From NCBI GenBank assembly GCA_021737275.1, contig JAIPEE010000001.1, positions 115,686-179,685 on the forward strand: a stretch of 64,000 nt of DNA, in the 5' to 3' direction. The DNA comes from Desulfobacterales bacterium (lineage in GTDB: Bacteria > Desulfobacterota > Desulfobacteria > Desulfobacterales > JAIPEE01). Positions 47,281 through 56,339 of this stretch are shown here, in pieces. A model generated the notes under the pieces. It was not told where the DNA came from, searched no databases, and was given only the letters and a program-made list of their open reading frames with translations. A program made the translations under genes and the position numbers. Each line of letters starts with the position of its first letter. Position 1 is the stretch's first letter.

Positions 47281-48696
47281 ATGATGAAGGATAATATTTT
47301 TACCAGAATGGGTGACGGTGAGCGCATTAAGATGTCTCTTCCCAAAGTTAAGGAAGAAATTGCAGCAGGCGTCCGGGATGCATCTGAAAGAGGTCAAATT
47401 CCTGAATTAAGCGCTGAAGAGCAGGAAAAGCTCTTTGATATACTGGCAGAATCAAGCCGCACGGTCAGTGTTGATCCCGGTGAAGAGGTCATTGTCACTG
47501 ATGACGGTGCTGCCATGTTGACCTATTGCGGCCCGGATGATAGCGGTGTCGGTATACCTATAAGCCGTGAAACAGCCCACCTGGTTTATGAAAGAGTATG
47601 TGCAGCAGATTCTTCGACTGCCGGCCATATTGATTTTAGTTTCAAACCGGCAAAAGCGGTCATCAATCATGAAATGAATGATTATTTTACGATTTCTCAG
47701 AAAACAACCATTCCTCTTTTCTATGGATCACAACCCAACATGGGACTTTACTTTCAGCCGGACGGCCCCTTCCCAAACCCGACGGAACTGATGCCCATGG
47801 GCAAGATTGATGAAGCGCTGGCATCAATGGAAAAAGCAGCCGAATATATGATTGATGATTTAGTATTTTTTGGTAAGGAGATGGCAGAAATCGGGTGTGA
47901 GGGACTTAACTTTGACACATCCGGTTCTGTCGGAGATGCTGATTTTTATGCCGCTCTCCAGTCTATACGGAATTTAAAAGAAGTGTTGCCTGATTTGCCC
48001 ATTATTATCGGCTCAGCATCTGAATTTATCATGGGCATGCACGGAAATATCGAGTTTGACGGCCGGCGTCTGGCCGGAATGTACCCGCACCAGCAGGCCC
48101 AGGTTGCTGAAGCGGCCGGCGCCAGCATATATGGAATGGCGGTAAATGTTGTTACAACGAAATCGTTTCCATGGAACCTTGCCCGTGCACTTACATTTAC
48201 CAAAGCAACTGTTGAGTCGTCTAACATTCCCGTACATCCCAATGTCGGGATGGGCGTATGCGGTATTCCCATGTTTGATCTCCCGCCCATTGATTGTACC
48301 TCGCGTGTAGCAAAAGCACTGGTACAAATCGGAAAAGCCGATGGATTGTAGGTTGGTGTCGGAGATCCTTTTGGTATGCCGATAACGCACATTATGGCAT
48401 CTGGAATGGGAGGTATGCGAACCGCAGGAGATCTTGTGGCATGGACGCAGATGACCCTTAAGATGAAAACTCAGGATGCAAAAAAATATGTTGCAGAGAA
48501 ACTCGGTATTGATGTCCTCAGTCTGACCGATGAAGATGTAATGCGCCCGCTCAGAGAGGAACTGGGTATTGGTGTTCTTACGGCTGTTGTAGGAAGGCCT
48601 GTCGGTATAACGGCTAAGTTAAAAATTTCCGAAATACTGGATATCAAAATAAATTCCGTACAGCGATTTAAAGAGCTGGTGGGATTAGCCATATAA
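47281..48696 (+). CDS. mtbB: dimethylamine:corrinoid methyltransferase with one in-frame UAG (predicted pyrrolysine at codon 357)
   Basis: ORFs 47281..48351 and 48376..48696 share one frame and are joined across TAG 48349-51: ...[40 protein letters not shown].... The whole 471-codon product resembles MtbB end to end (RMGDGERI, GVGIP, GHIDFSFKP, IPLFYGSQPNMGLYF, GMHGNIEFDGRRLAGMYPHQQA, NLARALTF). ATG 47284 is an equally good start. Confidence 0.85.
48349..48351 (+). other. in-frame amber codon, predicted pyrrolysine insertion site
   Basis: gat gga ttg TAG gtt ggt gtc gga gat cct. Conserved MtbB sequence continues directly after the TAG. Confidence 0.8.
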
Positions 48697-48932
48697 AATA
48701 TAATACATTTGTACTCAAACAATTCATATAATAAATGCTAAAGTAACATTTTCCCGAATAATAAATCGAGCTTATAACTATTAGTAATCTGTCCTAACTT
48801 AAGAGAGTTTAATAATAGAGAAAAGATATTTTTGTTGCCATGATATAAGCAAAACAAGAAGACTGTTTACAGACAAAGCACTGTACGGTATAAAGTTCGA
48901 ACAATTATTCAAAACAGGGAAAGGAGTAAATT

Positions 48933-50591
48933 ATGACCAATCTTACAGAAAAAAAAAGGAATTATTCAAGACCCTGGCTGATAATGGCAATTCTGGTGAT
49001 CAGCCTGTTTATGCTGATCGTTCAGACTGCGCCTGATGCCAGGGCGGAAAGTGAATTGCGCGTCGGCTGGCTGGCTGATGAAATGCTTTCATCACTCGCA
49101 TGTAATGATGCCTGGCAGTATGAAACAATGGGATGCATGTTATGGCAGCTGCTTTATGATCAGGTCTGGTTCTATGGCCCACCACCGCAATACAAACATT
49201 TTCTCAGCGCAATTACAAGCTATGAAACCGAGGATAACATTAATTTCAGATTTCATGTCAGGCAGGGTATGACCTTTCATGACGGCAAACCGGTAACAGC
49301 AAAAGATTTTGCGTTTACCTTTGAACACCTTCCGGTATCCAACCCGATCTGGGCTTATAACAGTTCAACAATTGTACCCAACTCAGCTGTTGTTGTTGAT
49401 GATTATACTCTTGATTTTACAATGAAATTGCTGCTTACGCCCAAATATCCGCCTTTTGACTGGTTTCCTGTTCTACCGGAGCACCTCTGGCGGCGTTACA
49501 AGTTTGATATTGAAAAATTTAAAAACTCAAAAGCTATTGGATCCGGACCGTTTATGCTGGACTCATTTGAAGCCGGGAAATACGCATCCTTTAAAAAATT
49601 CGAGGGCTACTGGGATAAAAAACCGAGAGTTGATAAAATTGTTTTTAAAACATACGGCGGCTCGGATGCGCTGGGTATGGCCATTAAACGCGGTGAAATT
49701 GATATGATGGGTTATGGCGGTGTGAGTCCTTTATCTGCAAAACTGCTGGAAAAAGTAGAAAATGTAAAACTGATTGTTTCACCTGGAATTGAAGTTAAAA
49801 CGTTGACATTTAATATGTTTCCGGAGGGCCCCTTACAGGACCTGACTGTCAGAAAAGCCTTTGTTCATGCTATTAATAAAAAACGTATTGTCGACATGGT
49901 TTATCATGGTCAGGCTGATGAACAAGACAGTTTTATCTATCCGGAACTTGCCAATTACAATCCCAACCTGCCAAAATATGAATTCAACATTGAAACATCC
50001 AAACAACTGCTTGATGAAGGTGGCTATACAGATTCAGATGGTGATGGCTTCAGAAATGATCCGAATTCAGGTAAAAATCTGGAATTCAAGTTTCTGACAT
50101 CCTCCAATGATACGGCAGGAGTTAAAATGGCAACCCTTATCAGAGAGCAGATGAAAGAAATCGGTGTCGGCATCACAATCAATGTTGTAGACATAGATAC
50201 CTTTTATGATCTGGTATACTACCCTCAAAATCCGGTATGGGATATCTCTTTTGTCTCAGAAGAACCCGGACCATATGCCAACTGGATATGGGAATTCATG
50301 AGAAGCTGGAATGATGAATGGGCCATGGGATGGAATACATCATACTATGATAATCCGGAGTTTGACAAGATACTGAATACTTTCAATTCTTCAGCAGATC
50401 TGGAGAAAGCAAAAGCCCTTTGTCATCAAATGCAGTTAATAATGGCAACGGAACTGCCCTATTACGTCATCTGCAGACCGCACACAATTGATCCGGTCCG
50501 GACAGACAAGCTGACTGGTTATGTCTCATATATGGGCGGTGTATCCAACTGGATCAATCCGTTATCTTATTTTAACGTTCATCCTAAATAA
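48933..50591 (+). CDS. ABC transporter substrate-binding protein, family 5 (peptide/nickel/opine type), orphan
   Basis: 552 aa with an N-terminal anchor/signal and an SBP_bac_5-like length and profile (e.g. FHDGKPVTAKDFAFTFE). No cognate permease or ATPase is adjacent. Confidence 0.7.
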   Translation: MTNLTEKKRNYSRPWLIMAILVISLFMLIVQTAPDARAESELRVGWLADEMLSSLACNDAWQYETMGCMLWQLLYDQVWFYGPPPQYKHFLSAITSYETEDNINFRFHVRQGMTFHDGKPVTAKDFAFTFEHLPVSNPIWAYNSSTIVPNSAVVVDDYTLDFTMKLLLTPKYPPFDWFPVLPEHLWRRYKFDIEKFKNSKAIGSGPFMLDSFEAGKYASFKKFEGYWDKKPRVDKIVFKTYGGSDALGMAIKRGEIDMMGYGGVSPLSAKLLEKVENVKLIVSPGIEVKTLTFNMFPEGPLQDLTVRKAFVHAINKKRIVDMVYHGQADEQDSFIYPELANYNPNLPKYEFNIETSKQLLDEGGYTDSDGDGFRNDPNSGKNLEFKFLTSSNDTAGVKMATLIREQMKEIGVGITINVVDIDTFYDLVYYPQNPVWDISFVSEEPGPYANWIWEFMRSWNDEWAMGWNTSYYDNPEFDKILNTFNSSADLEKAKALCHQMQLIMATELPYYVICRPHTIDPVRTDKLTGYVSYMGGVSNWINPLSYFNVHPK

Positions 50592-50616
50592 GAAATATCC
50601 GGAAATAAACAAAAAA

Positions 50617-50653
50617 ACAGGCGCTTTCTGAAAAAAAAAGCGCCTGTTTTTTT
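50617..50653 (+). terminator. rho-independent (potentially bidirectional) terminator
   Basis: acaggcgcttt (50617-27) pairs with aaagcgcctgt (50637-47), followed by TTTTTT. An A-run precedes it. Confidence 0.75.
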
Positions 50654-50852
50654 ATATTGATCCGCTTCACCTATTGATCAAATGTCTTTTGGATCTTTCA
50701 ATATCCCCAAGTTTGCCAGTCACGGAAAAATCACATAAAATCCAAAAAATATAATGACGTTACTATACTGTGATTGATAAAAGGATAGCAAATAAGCACG
50801 TTAACACTTATTCTTGACAGAAAACAGATAATTTAATATGGAGATGGTATCT

Positions 50853-50960
50853 TCTGTCTGAAGACAGATAAAATAAAAAATCAAATATAATAACGTTAAA
50901 GCCACGAAGGCCCACTGATTTCTTTTTTAAGAAACGGTTCTTTTGCGGCTTTTTTGTTTT
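50853..50960 (+). promoter_or_regulatory. leader paralogous to 35403-35500: UGAA-capped hairpin, AATCAAAT box, composite terminator-like hairpin, T-run, RBS
   Basis: tctgtc-tgaa-gacaga (50853-68) and aatcaaat (50879-86). Outer stem aagccacgaagg (50899-910) pairs with cttttgcggctt (50940-51), with one mismatch and two G-U pairs. It encloses tttctt-tttt-aagaaa. A T-run and GGAGGAAAAATG follow. Confidence 0.45.
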
Positions 50961-50970
50961 TGGAGGAAAA

Positions 50971-52080
50971 ATGAACAAAACAGCATTATTGATATGGCTT
51001 TGTCTGCTTTTGCTTATGTTCTCAGCATCAACGGAAGCCCGGGCTGAAAAGCAGATCACGGATGCCGCCGGTAAAATAATTGTCATCCCCGAAAAAGTGG
51101 ATCATATCATCTGCTCCGGTTCCGGATGCCTCAGACTTGTGACCTACTTAGGGGCCCAGGATCTTGTGGTGGGGGTGGATGACATTGAAAACCTTAATAA
51201 TAAATTCGATGCCCGCCCTTACTCTCTTGCCAACCCTCAATTTAAAGACCTTCCGGTTTTTGGCGGGTTTCGGGGGCAAGACGTTCCTGAAAAAATCATC
51301 AGCCTTCCCACCCTGCCCCAAGTGATTTTTAAAACCTATGCATCTTCGGGATATGACCCGACCAAGCTTTCAAAAAAAACCGGGATCCCCGTCATCACAC
51401 TTGAATATGGAGATCTCGCCCACAACAGGAAGGACTTTTATACGGCCCTGACCATTCTGGGCCGTGCGCTGGACAGAGAAACCCGTGCCGGGGAATTGAT
51501 TGCCTTTTTCGATGGCCAGATTAAGGAGTTGGAAAACCTGACAAAAAACGTTCCTAACGCCTGGAAAAAGACTTGTTTTGTGGGCGGCATCGCCTTTAAG
51601 GGACCCCACGGTTTCCAATCCACGGAACCTCAGTATCCACCCTTCCAATTCATCAATGCCGAAAATATAGCAAAACCTGCCGACAATGCAAAAAAACTTC
51701 GACAGTGCAATTTTTCCAAAGAAAAAATCCTGACCATGAACCCCGAAGTGCTTTTTCTTGATCTTTCCACCCTCCAGATGGGTGAAGATCAGGGTGGCCT
51801 TTACGAGCTCAGAAACGACCTTGTCTACCGGGAGCTGACTGCCGTGCAAAATGGAAATGTATTCGGGGTACTGCCCTATAACTGGTATAGTCAGAACTCC
51901 GGATCCATTCTGGCCGACGCCTGGTTTATCGGCAAGATTCTTTATCCGAAACAATTTATGGACATCGTTCCCGAAAAAAAAGCGGACGAAATTTATACCT
52001 TTCTTCTGTCAAAACCGATGTTCAAACAGATGAACACATCCTTTAAGCAGATGGTGTTTAAACAGATCGACTTGAATTAG
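50971..52080 (+). CDS. periplasmic binding protein of iron-siderophore/cobalamin-type ABC importer (Peripla_BP_2; BtuF/FecB-like)
   Basis: Signal peptide, then ...IICSGSGCLRLVTYLGAQDLVVGVD..., typical of class III SBPs. It is followed by FecCD-type permease and ATPase genes. The stop is TAG. Confidence 0.7.
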   Translation: MNKTALLIWLCLLLLMFSASTEARAEKQITDAAGKIIVIPEKVDHIICSGSGCLRLVTYLGAQDLVVGVDDIENLNNKFDARPYSLANPQFKDLPVFGGFRGQDVPEKIISLPTLPQVIFKTYASSGYDPTKLSKKTGIPVITLEYGDLAHNRKDFYTALTILGRALDRETRAGELIAFFDGQIKELENLTKNVPNAWKKTCFVGGIAFKGPHGFQSTEPQYPPFQFINAENIAKPADNAKKLRQCNFSKEKILTMNPEVLFLDLSTLQMGEDQGGLYELRNDLVYRELTAVQNGNVFGVLPYNWYSQNSGSILADAWFIGKILYPKQFMDIVPEKKADEIYTFLLSKPMFKQMNTSFKQMVFKQIDLN

Positions 52081-52088
52081 GAGCAGGT

Positions 52089-53159
52089 ATGCATTTTGAC
52101 AACGGCGGCGTACCCGGGGAATACATACGCTATACATTGGAAAAATTTCTGTTTATTGTTCTGGCCCTGGCAACCCTTATCCTGATCATCACTGCCAGTA
52201 TTTCACTGGGCGCTGTACACATCAAGTTCACGGACGTGTTCAACACCCTTTTGAAAAACAACGTGATCAAACAATTTGATCTTATCATATGGAATATACG
52301 GGTGCCCCAGACCCTGACGGCAGTGGTCGCAGGCGCAGGCCTTGCCGGATCCGGCACCGTTATGCAATCTGTGTTAAGAAACCCCATAGCTTCGCCTTTT
52401 ACCCTCGGCATCGCCCATGCCGCAGCATTCGGAGCAGCCTTTTCAGTAATGATCCTGGGATCAGGCGTTATGTCAGGCACCCTTGGAGATGCCGTCAACA
52501 TCTCCAGCCCGATGCTTACCCTCATGTCCGCCTTTGCCTTTTCCATGGGAACCGCCTGCCTTATCACCTGTATTGCAAAAATTAAAAACTCATCTCCTGA
52601 AGTCATGGTCCTTACCGGTGTGGCACTGGGAGCTTTGTTCACGGCCGGCACTATGCTGCTCCAGTTTTTTGCCGATGATGTCCAGCTTGCCGCCATGGTC
52701 TTCTGGACTTTTGGAGATACGGCCAGAACAGACTGGAACGATCTTGCCTTCCTGTCCGTAATCACAATCCCGGTCATGATATATTTTCTGGCCAATTCAT
52801 GGAATTACAATGCCATGGATATCGGCGATGAAACCGCCAAAGGATTGGGGGTGCGGGTCGAAATGGTAAGACTCTCCGGCATGATGGCGGCCTCCCTTGT
52901 CACATCGGTCATCATCTCCTTTGCCGGAATCATCGGATTCATAGGGCTTGTGGCCCCCCATATTGTCAGAAGAATCATTGGAGATGATCACCGTTTTCTC
53001 ATGCCTGCATCCATCCTGACCGGGGCCATTGTCCTGACAGCATCGGATATTGCAGCCAGGCTGGTGCTTTTACCCCATGTCCTGCCCGTTTCCATTTTCA
53101 CTTCCTTTCTGGGCGCACCCGTATTTATATATCTTATTATCAAGGGGAATAAAAAATGA
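52089..53159 (+). CDS. FecCD/BtuC-family ABC permease
   Basis: 356 aa, ~10 TM helices. RNPIASPFTLGIAHAAAFGAA and GFIGLVAPHIVRR motifs. Confidence 0.85.
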   Translation: MHFDNGGVPGEYIRYTLEKFLFIVLALATLILIITASISLGAVHIKFTDVFNTLLKNNVIKQFDLIIWNIRVPQTLTAVVAGAGLAGSGTVMQSVLRNPIASPFTLGIAHAAAFGAAFSVMILGSGVMSGTLGDAVNISSPMLTLMSAFAFSMGTACLITCIAKIKNSSPEVMVLTGVALGALFTAGTMLLQFFADDVQLAAMVFWTFGDTARTDWNDLAFLSVITIPVMIYFLANSWNYNAMDIGDETAKGLGVRVEMVRLSGMMAASLVTSVIISFAGIIGFIGLVAPHIVRRIIGDDHRFLMPASILTGAIVLTASDIAARLVLLPHVLPVSIFTSFLGAPVFIYLIIKGNKK

Positions 53160-53944
53160 TACTTGATGTGAATAAACTTGCCTTTACCTACAAGCGCCAT
53201 GACATCCTCAACGATATCGGTTTTACCATTCAGCAAGGAGAAATCACCGTCATCCTCGGCCCCAACGGCGTAGGGAAAACCACCCTGCTTAAATGCCTCA
53301 ACGGCATCCTCTCTCCCCAAGAAGGTAATATCCTTATCAAGGATAAAAATATCAGAACCATGACCATCAAAGAGATAGCCCGGCAGGTCGCCTATGTGGC
53401 TCAGAAAAGTGACGCGGCCGGAATAACCGTTTTTGATGCCGTGCTCATGGGCAGAAAGCCCCATATCAATTACAGGGCCGGGAAAGCAGATCTCAAAAAG
53501 GTGGATGCGGTCATCCGCCACCTGAACCTTTCCGGGATCAGCCTGAAATACCTGAATCAGTTAAGCGGAGGAGAACTTCAAAAGGTCTGCATTGCAAGGG
53601 CCCTGGTTCAGGAGACAGACCTTCTGCTTATGGATGAACCCACTGCAAGCCTGGACCTGAAAAACCGGATCCATATACTGGAACTGATCCGACACATTAT
53701 TAAAGGCCACCATATAGCGGCGGTCATGACCATGCACGATCTGAACACCGCCATGAGATATGCGGACAAGTATATTTTTTTAAAGGACCGAACCATCTAT
53801 TCGGCCGGAGATATCCGGGATGTCACCCCTGAAATGGTGGAAGAGGTTTACGGTATCAGGGTCGACATCATGCATCACAAAGGGCTTCCGGTAGTCATTC
53901 CCGTAAACGGTTCCGATATTCCCGGAACAAAACAGGCAGCCTGA
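53156..53944 (+). CDS. ABC ATPase (FecE/BtuD-like)
   Basis: GPNGVGKTT, LSGGELQK and LLMDEPTASLD motifs. ATGA overlap with the permease gene. Confidence 0.85.
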   Translation: MILDVNKLAFTYKRHDILNDIGFTIQQGEITVILGPNGVGKTTLLKCLNGILSPQEGNILIKDKNIRTMTIKEIARQVAYVAQKSDAAGITVFDAVLMGRKPHINYRAGKADLKKVDAVIRHLNLSGISLKYLNQLSGGELQKVCIARALVQETDLLLMDEPTASLDLKNRIHILELIRHIIKGHHIAAVMTMHDLNTAMRYADKYIFLKDRTIYSAGDIRDVTPEMVEEVYGIRVDIMHHKGLPVVIPVNGSDIPGTKQAA

Positions 53945-53964
53945 TTTTTAAAAAAGGAGCGATT

Positions 53965-54510
53965 ATGAATTATGAACAGCACAACCGGCCTGAAATGAAT
54001 CTTGTACCTGTGGGACTTGTCAAAAGCCCCATTAAAACCCCCAGTATCAAGATTTCCAAAGATAACCTTGAGCTGAAACCGTCTGTGGAAGAACTAAAAA
54101 AACTGCAAAAGGAAATTGATAACACCATAAGTGAGATACTGATATTTAAAAAGTGGGAACCCCTGCTTAAAGGGATAGACGGTTTTTCCCATATTCTGGT
54201 ATTATACTGGCCCCACCTCATTGACCCTGAAAAACGAAAGCTTGAGCAGGTGCATCCCATGGGAAGAGAAGAGATCCCGATACAGGGCATTTTTGCCACC
54301 TGCAGCCCTGCCAGGCCCAACCCGGTACTGGTTTCCGCAGTCCAGCTGATCCGTCAGGAAAAAAACAAATTGATCGTCAAAGGATTTGAAGCCGTTGACA
54401 ACAGCCCGATCATTGATATCAAACCGTATTCCGTCCATTATATGAAAAAAGAAAATCTCAGGTTTCCGAAATGGATGAGAAAGATCTATAAGGAATTTGG
54501 AATTGATTAG
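53965..54510 (+). CDS. TsaA/TrmO-family (UPF0066) SAM-dependent methyltransferase-like protein
   Basis: GFSHILVLYWPH, RPNPVLVSAV and PIIDIKPY motifs. The stop is TAG. Confidence 0.7.
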   Translation: MNYEQHNRPEMNLVPVGLVKSPIKTPSIKISKDNLELKPSVEELKKLQKEIDNTISEILIFKKWEPLLKGIDGFSHILVLYWPHLIDPEKRKLEQVHPMGREEIPIQGIFATCSPARPNPVLVSAVQLIRQEKNKLIVKGFEAVDNSPIIDIKPYSVHYMKKENLRFPKWMRKIYKEFGID

Positions 54511-54806
54511 GAAACAACTCATAAAGATAATATGATATATAGGCCGGCAAAAAAATACATGAAGCTGCCCAACCGGATATATATGGATCGTCGGATAATA
54601 ATGACTCTCCAAATACAAGTGAGCATGCTAATGTCATTGAAAATACGGTAAAACAAAATATTGCCCCCGGTTTTATGGCTTCTTTTTTATGGTTGACAGC
54701 ATTCAAGATAAATCAGATGCTATCCGATGTTTGTTTGGCACACAATCGTAATCACGTTAACAATATTTTATCATGTTCATATTTAACCTGAACGGAAAGG
54801 GAAACG

Positions 54807-56216
54807 ATGGAACCTTATCTGCGTGCACTTGCCGACTCAAAGTACGCTTCATTCTGGCTTGATCAGGATGATCGCCCGGAAACACTTTCTCCATTAACCG
54901 GTGATGAGTGTTGCCGTTTACTTATTGTAGGCGGCGGCTTCACCGGCTTATGGGCGGCACTTCAGGCCAAAGAGCGTATGCCCGATCTGGATATTATCCT
55001 TATCGAATCAACCACTATCGGGGACGGCGCTTCAGGACGTAATGGCGGTATGCTAAGTGATGCACTTAGCCATGGCGACTCAAACGCCGAATATCACTTT
55101 CCGGGCGAAGTCGACCTTATTGATAAACTGGGCATTCGCAACCTTGAAGAATTGTTAGGCAGTCTTGAACGATATAATATTGATGCGCGATATGACAATG
55201 TAGGCCATATGACGGTCGCTATTAATGAAGGTCAGGTTGTGAAATTACGACAAAAATATGAACGAAAAAAGGCGGCCGGGGCAGATAATTTATGGCTGAA
55301 CCAAAATGAAGTCCGGAAAGCAGTAAATTCTCCGATGTTTCTGGCAGGTACCTGGTGGCGTGATAGCCAGGGTGGCACCGTTGACCCGGCCCGTCTTTGC
55401 TGGGGACTTAAAGAGACAATTCTCTCTTTGGGCGTTCGCATTTTTGAAGGCACTTCACTGATTGATATGGCCCCCCATGAATCAGGCATGAAGGCAACCT
55501 GTGCAAATGGGACCATAACCTGTGATAAGATTCTGATGGGCACCAACGGTTTTCCAAATCCAATTCGCCGGATACGAAAAACAGCTATTCCCGTATGGGA
55601 TTACCAGATGGTAACAGAACCGTTGACTCCTGCTCAACTTGAATCAATTTCCTGGGGAACGGGGCGACACTATGCGCTATCTGATGCGTCTAATATGTTT
55701 CATTATTTCCGCATGACACAGGACAAGCGTATCACCTGGGGAGGCGGCGGTTCCGTATGTTATTTCTATGGCAATCGTACCGACCAGGGAGTTGCTGATG
55801 ACCGGGGCCGTTTTGAGGGCTTGTCCAGAAGTTTTTTTAAAACATTCCCACAACTTGAAGGTCTTCGTTTTACCCATCGATGGAGCGGAATCATCGCCTC
55901 AACAACCCGTTTTTGTATGGTGCCCGGCGTCGACTATGACGGGCGAGTGTCATGGGCTATCGGTTATACCGGCCTGGGCGTTGGTGCGAGCCGGTTTGGA
56001 GCCCGAATTGGCTTTGAATTACTCGGTTATCAACCCAGTGAGATTCTTGATATGCAATTTGTCAGAAAGAAAGCCATAAACTGGCCTCCGGAGCCAATAC
56101 GCTGGATTGGCGTAACCATGAGCCGCCATGCCATGACAAAAGCCGATGCCAACAATGGAAAGCGCGGCCTCTGGCTGAAAATTCTGGATAAGTTGAATTT
56201 AGGTTTTGCGTGCTAA
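54807..56216 (+). CDS. FAD-dependent oxidoreductase (DadA / gamma-glutamylputrescine oxidase-like family)
   Basis: LLIVGGGFTGLWAALQAKE dinucleotide fold. 469 aa. Confidence 0.7.
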   Translation: MEPYLRALADSKYASFWLDQDDRPETLSPLTGDECCRLLIVGGGFTGLWAALQAKERMPDLDIILIESTTIGDGASGRNGGMLSDALSHGDSNAEYHFPGEVDLIDKLGIRNLEELLGSLERYNIDARYDNVGHMTVAINEGQVVKLRQKYERKKAAGADNLWLNQNEVRKAVNSPMFLAGTWWRDSQGGTVDPARLCWGLKETILSLGVRIFEGTSLIDMAPHESGMKATCANGTITCDKILMGTNGFPNPIRRIRKTAIPVWDYQMVTEPLTPAQLESISWGTGRHYALSDASNMFHYFRMTQDKRITWGGGGSVCYFYGNRTDQGVADDRGRFEGLSRSFFKTFPQLEGLRFTHRWSGIIASTTRFCMVPGVDYDGRVSWAIGYTGLGVGASRFGARIGFELLGYQPSEILDMQFVRKKAINWPPEPIRWIGVTMSRHAMTKADANNGKRGLWLKILDKLNLGFAC

Positions 56217-56339
56217 TTTCTGATACCAATATAAAATTGGGATAACCGACTGTTCCATATCAAAAAAACCTGGGGCATGCCTTGATTCCTGAGATTTTGA
56301 TAAGTTTTCTCAATATTCAAGGCCTGCCTCCTTTTCTTC

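Noticed and set aside
47281-48351. Reading mtbB as a truncated gene or pseudogene (356-aa ORF) followed by a separate 106-aa ORF.
   Set aside because: Both pieces share one frame, and family-conserved sequence continues immediately after the TAG ([19 protein letters not shown]). The single interruption is an amber codon at the relative position known for pyrrolysine in MtbB. Decay would more likely give frameshifts or other stops. Pseudogene status still cannot be fully excluded without finding pyl genes.
50654-50852. A cobalamin riboswitch upstream of the btuF-like operon.
   Set aside because: The region is AT-rich and has none of the conserved B12 aptamer blocks that I could find by eye.
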